DNA from: Octopus vulgaris
Taxonomy: Eukaryota
Assembly (NCBI GenBank): GCA_951406725.2
Contig: OX597820.1
Location: 111,352,001 to 111,416,000 of the forward strand
Direction: 5' to 3'
DNA length: 64,000 bases
Shown here in pieces: positions 44,205 through 57,184 of this stretch. The notes beneath the pieces were generated by a model. The model worked only from the letters and a program-made list of their open reading frames with translations. It did no database searches and was not told where the DNA came from. Position 1 is the stretch's first letter, and every line of letters starts with the position of its first letter. A program made the position numbers and the translations under genes.

Positions 44205-45102
44205 AGCCCTCAGCTGACCTGTTGCCTGCTCAACTTGCTCCTTATACTTCATTGAACTCCTTTGTTGTTGTTGTTGACAATGATTTTGTTATTTTGTTTT
44301 TTGTTTTTGTTTTCTTTTCTTGTTATCTTGATGCGGAAACAGGTCTTGAGAGCAGGTGTTGACTATAAACCTATCTTCCCTCACTCCAAGCTACAGTTGT
44401 GGTGTGGGAACATACAAGAATATACACATATATACACACACGTATATACTCACACATACACAGAGATCTACTATGTGTATACATAAGTGTGGTGTGTGTG
44501 TAATTAAAGATCAAGGAGATCAGAAATCCAAAGAGCTCTGTTTAGGAGTTAAAGATAACTATAGATTAAATAGTTATATTTGTATGTGGTGAGTATGTGT
44601 GTGTGTATGTTTATATATATTATATATACATATACACACACATACATACACATGCACACATATGTGTGTATTTATATGAATGTATATAGTAGATGAATAG
44701 ATGTACATACATAAATATACACACAGTCAACAATACTTGCATATCCAGATTCACCCACATATGTAAATGTTTAAAATGCTGACCATAATATATTATTTAT
44801 CTTTCTTGTTGTTGTTACTTTTGTTGTTATCATTATCATCATCATCACCACCACCGACATCATCCTCAACAGCAGCAGAATTACCATTCAATAAGCACAA
44901 GTCAACATTGCCAGCTAGTCTTTGATTCTTAGTCAAAATGTTGATTCACTTTTACTAGTGCTGTTTATAATTTTGAAAAAAAAGTCATGAATATCACATA
45001 ATCTCCATTTGTAGTTCTGAATCTAACAATGAAATTATCATCATCATCATTATCATCTTCATCAAAGCATTATTATTATTATTATTATTATTTTTATTAT
45101 TT

Positions 45103-45802
45103 AAGGCAATGAGCTGGCAGAACTGTTAACACACTTGATGATATGCTTAGCAGTATTTTGCCCATCGCTACATTCTGAGTTCAAATTCCACCAAGGTCAA
45201 CTATGCCTTTCATTCTTTTGGGGTCAATAAATTAAATACCAGTCAAGTACTGGGGTTGATGTTATCAACTTATCTCCTCCCCCAAAAAGGCTGCTCTTGT
45301 GAAAAAATTTGAAACCATTATTACTATTATTATTAAGGCAGCAAGCTGGCAAAATCATTAGCATGCCAGGTGAAATACTTAGCGATATTTCATCTGTCAC
45401 AACGTTCTGAGTTCAAATTCCACCGGGGTCGACTTTGCCTTTCATCCTTTCGAGGTCAATTAATTACATACCAATTGTGTACTGGAATCGATCTAATCAA
45501 CTGACCCCCTCCCCCAAAATTTCAGACCTTGTGCCTATAGTAGAAAGGATTATTATTATTAAGACAATGAGCTGACAGCATCATTAGAGCATCAAACAAA
45601 ATGCTCAGATGCATTTCTTCAACAGTATTCAGTTCAAATACTGCCAAGGTCAACTTTGATTTTCATCCTTCTGGGGTCACTATGATAAAGTATTGATCAA
45701 GTACTGGGGTTCTTATAATGGACTAATCTCCTTCCCTTAAAATTGCCGACCTTGTGCTAAAATTTGAAACCATTATTATTAAAGAAATTATTATTATTAT
45801 TA

Positions 45803-45838
<36 letters not shown>

Positions 45839-46386
45839 GGCATCAAGCTGGCAGAATCGTTAGGACACCGGGCAAAATGCTTAGCAGCATTTCATCTGAC
45901 CCTATGTTCTGAGTTCAAATTACACTGAGGTCACCTTTACTTTTCATTCTTTTGGGGTCAATGAAATAAGTACTAGTTACACACTGGGGTCAATGTAATA
46001 TCAATCAGTTCCCTCACCCAAAATTTCAAGCCTTGTGCTTATAGTAGAAAGGATTATTATTGTCGTTGTTGTTTTTGTTGATGTTAAGGTGATGAACTGG
46101 CAGAACTGTTAGCACACCTGGCAAAATGCTGAGTAACATTTCATCTAGCTTTATTTTCTGAGTTCAAATTAAGGTGTCAAGCTGGCAGAATTGTTAGCAT
46201 GCCATGGAAAATGCTTCACACAGCATTTCATCTGTCTTTAGGTTCTGAGTTCAAATTCCACCAAGGTTGACTTTGTCTTTCACCCTTCCTAGGTCAAGTA
46301 ACAGTTGTGCACTAGGGTCAATATAATCGACTTACCCTCTCCCATGAAATTGCTGGCTTTGTGCCAAAATTTGAAACCATTATTAC

Positions 46387-46442
<56 letters not shown>

Positions 46443-47469
46443 TGAGTTCAAATGTCTCTGAGGTCAACTTTGTCTTTCATCCTTTTGAACGTCGATGAAA
46501 TAAGTACCAATCAAGTACTGAGGTCAATGTAATTGACTAAACCCCTCTTAAAAGATTTCAGGCCTTGTGCCTATAGTAAAAAGGATTATTTCAATTATTC
46601 GGCCAGCTGGCAGAATTGTTAGCATGCCAGGCAAAATGCTTAGTGGCATTTTGTCCATCCTTATGTTCTAAAATCAAATTCCGCCAAGGTTGACTTTGCC
46701 TTTCATCCTTTCAGGGTCCATGAAATAAGTCCCAGTTACATGCTTGGGTTGATGGAATCAACTTGCCCCCTCCCCCAAAATTGCAGGCCTTGAATGCCTA
46801 TAGTAGAAAGGATTATCATTATTATTAGAAGTAGGAAATTGAATATTTGTGGTATTTAATTATGTCCTTTCATATCCTGCATTCAAATCCTACCAAAACT
46901 GACTCTATTTTATTTTTATTTTTCCTCATCCCTCTGGAGTGAATAAAATATGTATCAGTATTATATTAAGGATGATTATTTTCTTCAAAACTTAAGTCTT
47001 TGGAGGTCAGAGTTAAAAATCACCATCATTTTCATCATTATGTATATTATGACAAGTGTTTCTGAAGACTTTATATGCTCTTCACAAGCCATTTTAGCTT
47101 CAACACCATGTGGAACCCAGTTCACTTTCTTTTATACTGCTGATACCCTTAAGAAAAGCATGTTTGCCACCCAGTCTCATCCCCCCCCCCCCCCATCCCA
47201 ACAAGTTACTGGCTTTGTGCCTATCATAGAAAGCATTATTGGCAGTGGATTGGCAAAATTGAGAGACCGTCAACAAAATGTCTTAGAATATTTCTTGCAG
47301 CTCTTAGTATTTCAAGTTGAAGTCACACAAAAGTCCATTTCACCCATCTAGGGGCAATAAAATGAAGTACTGGTTAAGTTTCGGAGATTAATAGTATCAA
47401 TTAACACCTCATTCCTACAAAATTTGCTGGCTTTGTGCCTAAATTAGAAACTACTACTACTACTGCTAC

Positions 47470-47512
<43 letters not shown>

Positions 47513-48825
47513 AGTATTGAGCTGGCAGAATCATTAGCAAGCTGGACAAAATGCTCAAAATGCTTAGCAATATTTTTTCTAGCTTTACATTCTGAGTTCA
47601 ACTTCCACCAATGTCAACTTTGCCTTTCATCCTTTTGAGGGTTGATAAAATGAATACCAGTTGAGTACTGGGGTTGATGTAACTGACTAGCCACCTCCCT
47701 CAAAAACTTCAGGCCTTGTGCCAATAGTACAAAGAATTATCATTACTATTAGAACATTGAACAAAATGCTTAATGGTATTCCTTCCAGTTCTTTACATTC
47801 TAAGTTCAAATTCCATCAAGGTTGATTTTTACCTTTCATGCATCTGTAGTTGAATAAATACCAATCACATACTACAGTTGATACAGTTGACTTATAAAAT
47901 CCCCTTCTTCAAGCTAATGGCTTCGTGCCTGTGTTTGAAATAGTTATTATTAGGGCAGCAAGCTGGCAAATTCAGTATCATGTCAAACAAAATGCTTAGT
48001 GGCATTGCTTCTAGTTCTTAACATTCTGAATACAAATCAGACTTTGCTTTTCATCCTTTCAAGGTTGATAAAATAAGAACCACTTGAGCACAGGAAATGA
48101 TGTAATTAACCGCTCCTCCTAAAATTGCTGGCCTTGTACCAAAATTTGAAAAGAACTGTTATTATTAGTAGTAGTAGTACTAAGGTGATGAGCTGGTAGA
48201 ATTATTAGCCTGCCAGGCAAAATGCTTAGAAGCATTTCATCCACTTTTCTGTTCTGAGTTCAAATTCAGCTGAGATCAACTTTGCTTTTCATCCTTTCAG
48301 GGTCAATAAAACAAGTACCAGTTGAGCACTGGGATTGATGTTATCAACTTACCCCTCCTTCCCAATTTCAGGCCTTTATACCTATAGTAGAACAATTATT
48401 AATAGTTTTATTTAAGAGTGGCAGATTAAAGTTTTGAAAAAATGCTGTGTGGCATTTGTTCCAGCCTTTAACATTCTGAGTTCAAATCCTGCCATGGTCA
48501 ACTTTACCATTCATCTTTTGAAGGTCAAAAAATATGGTACCAGTCAACTACAGAGATCAAATGAATTGACTAACTCCCTCCCTCACTCTGCCCAAAACTG
48601 GTGGCCTAGTGCCTAAATTATAAACCATGATTATTATTATTAAGGCAGTGAGCTGAACAGCATTTCTTCCAGCTTTACATTCTGAGTTCAAATTCCACTG
48701 AAATATTTTTGCCTTTCATCCTTTTGGGGTTGATAAAGTAAAAATGCCAGTCAAATACTGAGATTGATGTAATTGACTTAGTCCTCTCCCCCAAAATTTT
48801 GGGCCTTGTACCTCTAGTAGAAAGA

Positions 48826-48865
<40 letters not shown>
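45103..48865 (+). mobile_element. Large head-to-tail array of about 15-16 family-2 SINE copies separated by (ATT)n
   Basis: About 230-bp units starting (A)AGGCAGCAAGCTGGCAGAAT with a GTCAACTTTGCCTTTCATCCTTT.GGGTC.ATAAA core, all in the same orientation. Confidence 0.9.
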
Positions 48866-48866
<1 letters not shown>

Positions 48867-50434
48867 ATATATATATATTAGCAAAATTATGCAAAAGTTT
48901 TCATTTTTACAGAAATAATCTGTAAATAATGACATGGAAAAAAAAAAAGAAGAAACATAAATATGTTAAAAAATGAAAATTAAAGAAAGAAAAGAGACAA
49001 AAACAAGAAAAGATATGGTTAAAATGTATAAAACAAAAGCATGTACACCGAATACAGTAAAGATGTGTCTAAACAATGACTTTTGTTATTGTTGTCTGTT
49101 TGCTGAATTTATTCATGTGAGGCTGTTTCTTCACTTCTTTCTCTCTCACTTAGAATCAGTTGTGAGCTAATGAATGAGAGGTGCTGCTCTAGGTATTCTG
49201 ATACCAAAACTTTGGTTTTTATCCAACCAGGCTTTTTGACAGAATCTGTGAAAGTGAGTATTAACAGCCCAAACAACAACTCTTGATGTTTACATATACA
49301 CACACACACACATCAGACATCAAAGTCGTCACAGAAGATGATGTGTTTGCTCAAGATCACAATGCACTACCTGGTCTAGCAGTTGAAGCCATGATCATGA
49401 GTACAACACCCGAAATATTATGCCATATGCCCTCACTATATATACTTTTAAAAAAATTACTAATATTTCTTTAAAAAATCTACCAAAACAAATTTTGTTG
49501 CCTTTTTTTTAAATTTGTCACTTTTAGTTTACAATGTATCTACATACTCTGCTACACACTACTATACTCCTTGAAATTAAAGAGAGTGAATTTGGTCAAG
49601 AAATTGCCAGTAGATTGAGGTCATTGCCAATAGTCAATCACTTGTATCAAATCACATTGAATATAATGAAAAAAGTTTGCAGAATAGATATACAGTGTAT
49701 AGGTTGACTTCAGCAAAGTTTAACCACTTAGTCATTTCAGTTAAATCATCATTTATTATTACTTTTCTTTGAATAATTATTTTTACTATTTTTATTTATT
49801 TTTAATTAAGCAAATTCTACTGTTAACTTCAAAATTAGATAAACTTCTTTTTTTTTTGTAATGATTGTGATTATAAATGTATATTTTGAAATAAGGAACA
49901 GAAGAGTGAAGTGAGTTCATATGAAGACTTGCACTATTCACTTTGAGTGGGCTGCTTCCTTTTCAAACTGATATGATCTACATATATACATATAAAAAAT
50001 AGCAATATGTACACTTATTTTTTATGCAATTAAATTATACAAGCTTATTTTATTTTATTAACTTTTAGTTTACTCTATGTAATATATGTTATATAAATTG
50101 AACTAAAAATGGACAGCCCACTCATTTTTGGTAAATTTAAGTCATTTTAGACTGTTTGACTTTACCTTTCTGCCCAATTAATTTATGTTGTATATATATT
50201 ACTGATACTTTATTACTACTTTCTAATTTTAATTATTATTTTAATTATAATGATCTAATTTTTTTTATAACAATAATATTGCACAGCAACTTTCAAAATT
50301 GAAATAATAAACTGAAATAATTACAAAGATTTAAAGGAATTAATTATAACATAAATGAAATAAAAAATAGTAAATATTTTTATCTCTTAATAATTTGCAA
50401 TTAAAAATCTTTTTACTGCTTGATAATTTCTATA

Positions 50435-51675
50435 CATCATCATCATCGTTTAATGTTCGTTTTCCATGCTGGCATGGGTTAGATGGTTTGACTGGGGTCT
50501 GGGAAGCCAGGAGGCTACACCAGGCCCCAATCTGATCTGACAGTTTCTACAACTGGATGCCCTTTCTAATGCCAACCTCTCCGAGAGTGTAGTGGGTACT
50601 TTTTACATGCCACTGGCACAGAAGCCAGTCAAAGCAGCACTGGCGTCGGCCACGTTTGGATGGTGCTTTTTACATGCTACTGGCATGGGGCTCACAACTA
50701 CAATTTCCATTCGATTTGATTTTGATATTGCTGACATTAATGTACTTGACTCTATAGGTCTCCTCAAGCATAGCATGTCGCCCCACGATCCAAGGTACTT
50801 TTGAGTGGGCTGGTTATGCAACACTGGTGTAGGTTACAGCTGTGGACTCACTTTATTTGCCAAGTCTTCTCAGTCACAGCATACCTCCAGAGGTCTCAGT
50901 CTTTTGTCATTACCTCTGTGAACCAACGTTCAATGGTCTTTTGTCATTGCCTCTGTGAGGCCCAACGGTCAATGGTTCACTACCTCATCCCATGTCTACC
51001 TCTACCCCGGATTCCTTCTACTGTTTGGGAATGGCACTTTTCACACAGCTCTCCTCGTCCATCCGCAGTACATGACCATACCAATGCAAACATCTCTTTT
51101 GCATGCCACATCCAATGCTTCTTATGTCTAACATTTCTCTCAGCGCTTACATTCTGGCATGTGTGCACACTGACATTACACATCCAGCAGATCATGCTAA
51201 CTTCATTTCTTTCAAGCCTACGCATGTCCTCTGCAGTCACAGCCCATGTTTCACTGCTGTGAAGCATGGCAGTTCACACACATGCGTCATACAATCTACC
51301 TTTCACTCTGAGCGGGAGGCCCTTTGTCACCAGTAGGGGTAGAAGCTTTCTGAACTTTGCCCAAGCCATTCTTATTCTAGTGGTCACACTCTCTGAGCAT
51401 CCACCCCCGCTGCAGACTTGGTCACCTAGGTAACGGAAGCTATCAACTACTTCTAGTTTCTCCCCCTGGCATGTGATGGAATCTGTTTTCTGAGCATCTG
51501 TGATGTTTATTGCTCCTGTGCATCTGCTGCACATGAAAACTATCTTCCCAGTTAATCTTCCTTTGATGTTGCTGCACCTCTCATGTGTCCATAGTTTACA
51601 CTGTGTACATCTTATGGAATTTCTACCTACCCCTTTTCTACAGATCAAGCAGGGCCACCTACCTGAAGGAGTGTT
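50435..51675 (-). mobile_element. 5'-truncated RTE-clade LINE (PHD-like finger, RT C-terminus, 3' UTR, (GAT)n tail)
   Basis: ORFs 51274..51741 (FRYLGD, RIRMAWAKF) and 50980..51267 (SETW). Highly similar to 63560-64000. Confidence 0.9.
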
Positions 51676-52486
51676 GCAATTCTTAATCTTTGTTTGATCA
51701 AATGTTTTTGCCATTTTGTTGTAACAGTAGTCACTTACCATCTTTCTTCTACCTTAAAATATTCATTAGTTTTGTATGTATTTAAGAATAAAATTATAAA
51801 TGATTTTAAATTTTTAAAAAAGTGCAACAAAATGTGTTTTAGTAATTTTTTTTAAGAAATACTTTTAAGAAATATTAGTAACTTTTTTTAAAGAAATACC
51901 AACTTGTTTCTTTCTTTTTAAAGTTTAATATTGGTTGATATTTTTTGAATAGAGCATTTTGTTGAATTCTTTATTTATTTTTCAAGAAAAAATGTCTTCC
52001 TTTCTAAGCATTAAATTTTCATCAAGACAAAGCAAGTACCAGTACCATCATTAGCCCATCATCATGTGGTTTACATCCACATGCCACGGTGATTTAATGG
52101 ATTTAATGGGGGAAAGGCTGCCAAATATTTAGTTTATTAGATAAAGAAATGCAATTTCATATCTTTTAATTCATTTAATTTTTTTAATTTGATTAAATAC
52201 ATTCAAAAAATAAGGCAACAATATTATTCATTTTAGAAGGGAAATTGAGATTATATGCAATAAATTGAGGGTCACTAATAATATTCCATTTCTCATTATT
52301 TTTAACTATGCAAGTGTAATGACCACTACTGACTTGATTCAATGTATGCATTATGCCAGCTTTTGATTTAAAGTTAGTGCCAAAAATATTTTGCTTTTTG
52401 GTATTAAAATATGTGATTTCTGCATTAATTCTGAAAATAATATTATTGTTGTGTTGGCAGTCGGTGTTGTGGGATGTGATGAGCTA

Positions 52487-52709
52487 TGTGGTGTTATTGG
52501 AGAGGATGACAGATGAGGCAGGCGGAAGTAGGGCTTGCAGGGGCTGGTGGAAGACTGCAGGGTGCATGCGTCACAGGAAGCAGAAGAGGTCAAGCAGGTC
52601 ACGTGTGATCATTGACGAAGGGACAGTTCGAGCATAGACGAGGAAGCGACAGGACGTGTCAAATTCGTAAGCTTCTCCATCTGTTGTCCTCTTCATCCAT
52701 CACACTACA
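52487..52709 (+). repeat. 5' LTR (223 bp; lacks about 49 bp present in the 3' LTR)
   Basis: TGTGGTGT...ACACTACA; direct repeat of 56319-56590. Confidence 0.88.
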
Positions 52710-52760
52710 AGTTATTTCGGCTCATAAAAAAAAAAAAAAAACGAACGATGAGCGAACGAA

Positions 52761-53393
52761 ATGATCAAACCGTTTTGCGGCGACACAGATGTAGTCGCTT
52801 GGTTGAAGAAGGTGAAGTTGGTGGCGAAGCTCCACGGTATAAGCGACCTAGCGAGTTTCATACCGCTGTACTTGGATGGTCTGGCATTGGCGCTGTATCT
52901 AGAGATGGAGGAGACGAACCAACTCAGCGCGGAGAAAGTAGAAATCCGGTTGATGGAGGCTTTTGCGGAGGGGATGTTCGAGGCATACACTCGCCTGGAG
53001 AAAACGTTGGTGTTCGTGACTGGCTTTACTGACAACATGTCGGTTGAGTTACAGCAGCTTCCGAACGTTCATTCAATGGCGATGGCAGACATCGTATCTT
53101 GGGCACACGTACTAGTTTCGTGCAGCAGAACGACATCGTTAGCAGTGACTGCAACAACGAAAAGTGGCCGAGCTAGGAGCAGCGGATAGGGGTCGAAGAA
53201 AGAACGTGTGCGACCGTTCAAAGGACAGTGTCTCCGGTGCCAGGGTCCGCACACGGTGCGTGACTGCGAGTCACCCAAGCCTGGGGTCATTTGCTACCGG
53301 TGTCGAGAAACGGGGCATATAGCCAGCGAATGTCTGAGGGGAAACAGACTGAGGGAGACTACTGCAACGGTAGTTGTCCCTTTGGATCAATAG
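52761..53393 (+). pseudogene. gag of the LTR element (in-frame TAG at 53187-53189)
   Basis: ORFs 52761..53189 and 53208..53393 share a frame; knuckles CLRCQGPHTVRDC and CYRCRETGHIASEC. Confidence 0.8.
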
Positions 53394-56252
53394 AGGCGCG
53401 TTTATTGTCACTACCTGTGGTCGACATTCTGGTGGAGGGGAAGATGTCGCGAGCCCTTGTGGACACAGGCTGTACGACAACCCTGATGACTCCAGAAGTG
53501 GTAGAGACGTGGAGAAAGCAGTGTAAGAGCAGTCAACGGAAGAGAAGTACACTGTGAAGGCATTACAGATGCGCGGATTGTAGTGCAGGGAATAAGGCTG
53601 ACACTGCGAGCAATTGTGGTTGGCCACTTGGTGGACGAGATTGACGTGGTGATAGGGATGGATGCAATCACCCGTTTGGGAGGTGTCACCATTAACGAGG
53701 CCGGTGTAATGTTCGGGTTTGCGGGGAAACCGTGTATGGCAAGACTGCATTGGTGACAACCATGAAGAAAAGCATGCTGCACACACCATTGAAGACCAGG
53801 ATTTTCATGCTGTCTTCGATGGCAAGAGGTGGACAGTGGAGTGGCACTGGAAGGGAGAGCCCCCGACGTTAAAGAATAAAGTGGGCTGCTATCAGCATAC
53901 TCTAAAAGGAGAGGCCAGAAGTGAGTTTGAGGGGGAGCGGTGGATTAAGGAGGACATATTGATCCCTTGGGAAGAAGTAGAGAGTGGATTCCTGCCACTG
54001 ATGGCAGTGGTACAGCCCACAAAGCATAAGGTCAGGTCAGTGCTTGACTTCCGAGAGCTGAATGATCACGTATCATGTCATACAAGCAGTGAGGGCACAG
54101 ATGTCTGCGGAGACAACTTGCGAGAGTGTAGGTAGATGACAGGGGCCTCCACGATCGTTGATTTGAAGTTGGCATACCTACAGGTGCATGTGGCTGAGAA
54201 ACTGTGGAAGTATCAGCTTTTCAGGTATAAGGGCCGGACGTACTGTCTGACCAGGTTGGGGTTCGGGCTGAATTCAGCGCCAAAGATTATGGCAACAATT
54301 CTCAAGGTCATCCTGGGAAAGGTGGACAGAGTAAAAAAGGCCACCAATTCGTACATTGATGATATTCTTGTGGATGAAACCATAATGCCAGCAATGGAGG
54401 TCATAGGCCACCGGAAGAGTTTTGGACTGATCGCCAAGCCACCAGAGGCAATGGAGGGAGGTGCTGCACTGGGCCTCAAGCTATGGAGAGACAAGGCTGG
54501 CGCGTTGGTGTTCCGGCTAGGGAATGAGATCCCTGAACTGGGCGCCAACATGAGTAGATGGGAACTGTTCTCTATGTGTGGGAAGCTGGTGGGACACTAT
54601 CCGATTGCAGGATGGCTCCGGACAGCATGTAGCTTCATCAAGAGACAAGCCGAAGGAGTGAAGTGGAATGATAGAGTGGGGGAGAAGACGACCGACATGA
54701 TACAGGAAGTCTTGGTCAGAGTAGGAGCAGAGGACCCAGTGAGGGGCAGTTGGTATGTTCCCAAATCAAAGAGCGGGATTGTATGGTGTGACGCCAGTAG
54801 CATCGCAATAGGGGTTGTCTTGGAAGTGGGAGGCATCATAGTGGAAGATGCAGCCTGGCTCAGGAAGATGGATGACTGTAATCATATCAATGTGGCGGAG
54901 TTGGATGCCATGTTGAAGGGGGTGAATCTAGCCTTGAAGTGGGGGTTGCACACCATAGAAATCAGGACTGATTCGGCCACTGTACTTGGTTGGGTGACAG
55001 CAGTCATCACCAATGAGCGGAGGGTGTGGACCAAAGGGGCTGCAGAGATGCTGGTAAAGCATCGATTAGGGATACTGCGTGAACTAGCCACTGAGTTCAA
55101 TCTGAAGCTGAGTGTGATCTTTGTGCCTTCCGAGAACAGGCGGACGTCCTGACCAGGGTAAAGCGAGCCTGGTTGCAGGTGCCAGAGGATGCGAAGCAGG
55201 CTGTAGCTGCAGTATGCCATCTGAGTGACTCGGAGTTGCAGAGATTGCATACCATGCATCACATGGGTGTGGACAGGACATTGTTCCTAGCCAGAAAAGT
55301 TGACTCCGATGTAACAAGACAAAGCGTGCAGAGAGTGGTTAGCAGTTGTGACAGGTGCCAGTCCATCGACCCTGCTCCGGGCGTACATGAGGCAGGAAGT
55401 ATTCCAGTGGACCACAACTGGAAATGACTGGCAGTGGACATAACACATTACTGGCAGGGGACATACCTCTCAATGGTTGACTACAGACTGGGGCGGTTGG
55501 CCATATGGAGGGAGATGAAGACGGGGACCACAGAGGAAATTGTGAAAGTATTGAATGAGACATTCCTGGAACGAGGCCTCGTGGATGAACTGCTTCTGGA
55601 TAATGGCACTGCATGTCGCTCGGAGGTGCTGAAAGAAATGCTAGATGGGTGGAAGGTCAACCGCTTCTTCAGGGCGGCATACCAGCCAAGTGGAAATGGG
55701 GTGGTGGAAAGGCATCATTGTACCATCAATACCATGGCAGAGAGGGGTCACATTTCACCAATCGAGGCTGTATTTTGATACAATATGTCACCCAGATCAG
55801 GACAGGCTGAGGAGTCGGTGCCACACAGGGCAATATTCAGGTATGAGTGGAGGCATCTGTGTACTGCATCAATACAACCTGGGACAGAGGAAGAGCACGC
55901 CTTCGTGCAGGTCGGGGAAGAAGTTTGGGTAAAACCCCCAAACGCACGGTGTACATCACGATGGGGAAAGGGAACAATAACCTCTATAAATTCGAAGAAC
56001 AACATCTCTGTCGATGGTATGCCACACCACGTTTTGGATATACGGAAGATTGTCCATGCCTCAGAGGATGGAACCAGCAGCAGTGGGCAAGAAGATAAAA
56101 ACAACAACAGTAGGCAAGAAGATGAAGACAACATCAGTAGACAGGATGATGAAGCCAGCAGCAACATGCCAGGAACCAGTCCTAGGGTCGCATTGCGACC
56201 ACAGAGGGAACGGCACCCTCCTCCCTGGTTGGCTGATTATGAAACCAGTTAA
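53345..56252 (+). pseudogene. Disrupted pol (protease, RT, RNase H, integrase) of the LTR element
   Basis: ORF pieces 53291..53557, 53719..54135, 54136..55152, 55173..55427, 55434..55778 and 55785..56252 carry the catalytic motifs. Confidence 0.88.
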
Positions 56253-56318
56253 GGTGTCAGTTCGGGAGCGGGGAGTGAGTGGGGAAAGCCGGTTCAGTGA
56301 TCTGTAGATCAGGGGGCG

Positions 56319-56590
56319 TGTGGTGTTGGTGGAGAGGATGACAGATGAGGCAGGAGGAAGTAGGGATTGCAGGGGCTGGCGGAAGACTGCAGGGTGCATG
56401 CGTCGCAGGAAGCGGAAGAGGTCAAGCAGAACGCACATGTGGTCATCGATGAAGGGACAGTTCGAGCATAGACGAGGAAGCGACAGTACATGTCGAATTC
56501 GTAAGAGACCTCTGATCTTCGCCGAGGTAAGGCCTGTTTGTATTTCTTTCTCCTTCTCCTTCTGTTGTCCTCTTCATCCATCACACTACA
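56319..56590 (+). repeat. 3' LTR (272 bp)
   Basis: TGTGGTGT...ACACTACA, preceded by a polypurine tract. Confidence 0.88.
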
Positions 56591-57184
56591 ATTATTATCA
56601 TTAGCATATGAAAATCTATTCAGAGAAATGCATAAATATGATGTATTGCTACCACTGCCTCCTCCTCTGTTGCTGCTTTTAGCAACACTTGAATATGTTA
56701 GTGTCATTTAATTTCTGAACTGTTTCGCTGCCGTTTGTTTATGTAGTTTGATCTCTTTATGCATCAGTTTGTATAAGATATGAGATAGATATGCGAGTGA
56801 AAGTACTAATAGAGAAAGAGAAATAAAACTTTTGAAACAACAATGCTACCATATGTTACTTGGAAACCATGTGTTTTCAAGGGAGATAATCAGAGAAAGA
56901 CTTGGAATGATGTAACATCATAGTACTTCGTGTAAAGTAAATATAACAAATGAAAAATCCTTCAAGAATCCATAACAATTCCTGAATCACTACCAAAATT
57001 TCATCATCTGTTTCTTGTGCCATTACCAACTTTTCCTGCAAGTTTCATCAAATACTGTTCACAACTTTTTGAGTTATTTTGCACACAGAGAGACAAACAA
57101 ACCAACAGCAATGGAAACAGAACCACCTTTGTTTGCGGAGGTAATAATTTATTATCATTCTTTATTGTTATTATTCTTTTAATT

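Larger units (their letters stand above)
52487..56590 (+). mobile_element. Compact (about 4.1 kb) LTR retrotransposon with PR-RT-RH-IN order (Ty3/Gypsy-like), inactivated
   Basis: Two LTRs with TG...CA ends; purine-rich AGGGGGCG just before the 3' LTR. Gag zinc knuckles, protease ALVDTGC, RT YIDD, RNase H DASS/HINVAEL and integrase HHCC plus D,D,E. In-frame stops and frameshifts; no clear target-site duplication. Confidence 0.92.

Noticed and set aside
45103-48865. CRISPR-like repeat-spacer pattern
   Set aside because: Eukaryotic context, ~230-bp diverged SINE units with microsatellite spacers, and no cas genes.
49700-50430. AT-rich region as the macroH2A polyadenylation site
   Set aside because: AATAAA-like hexamers are too frequent here to assign a site without transcript data.
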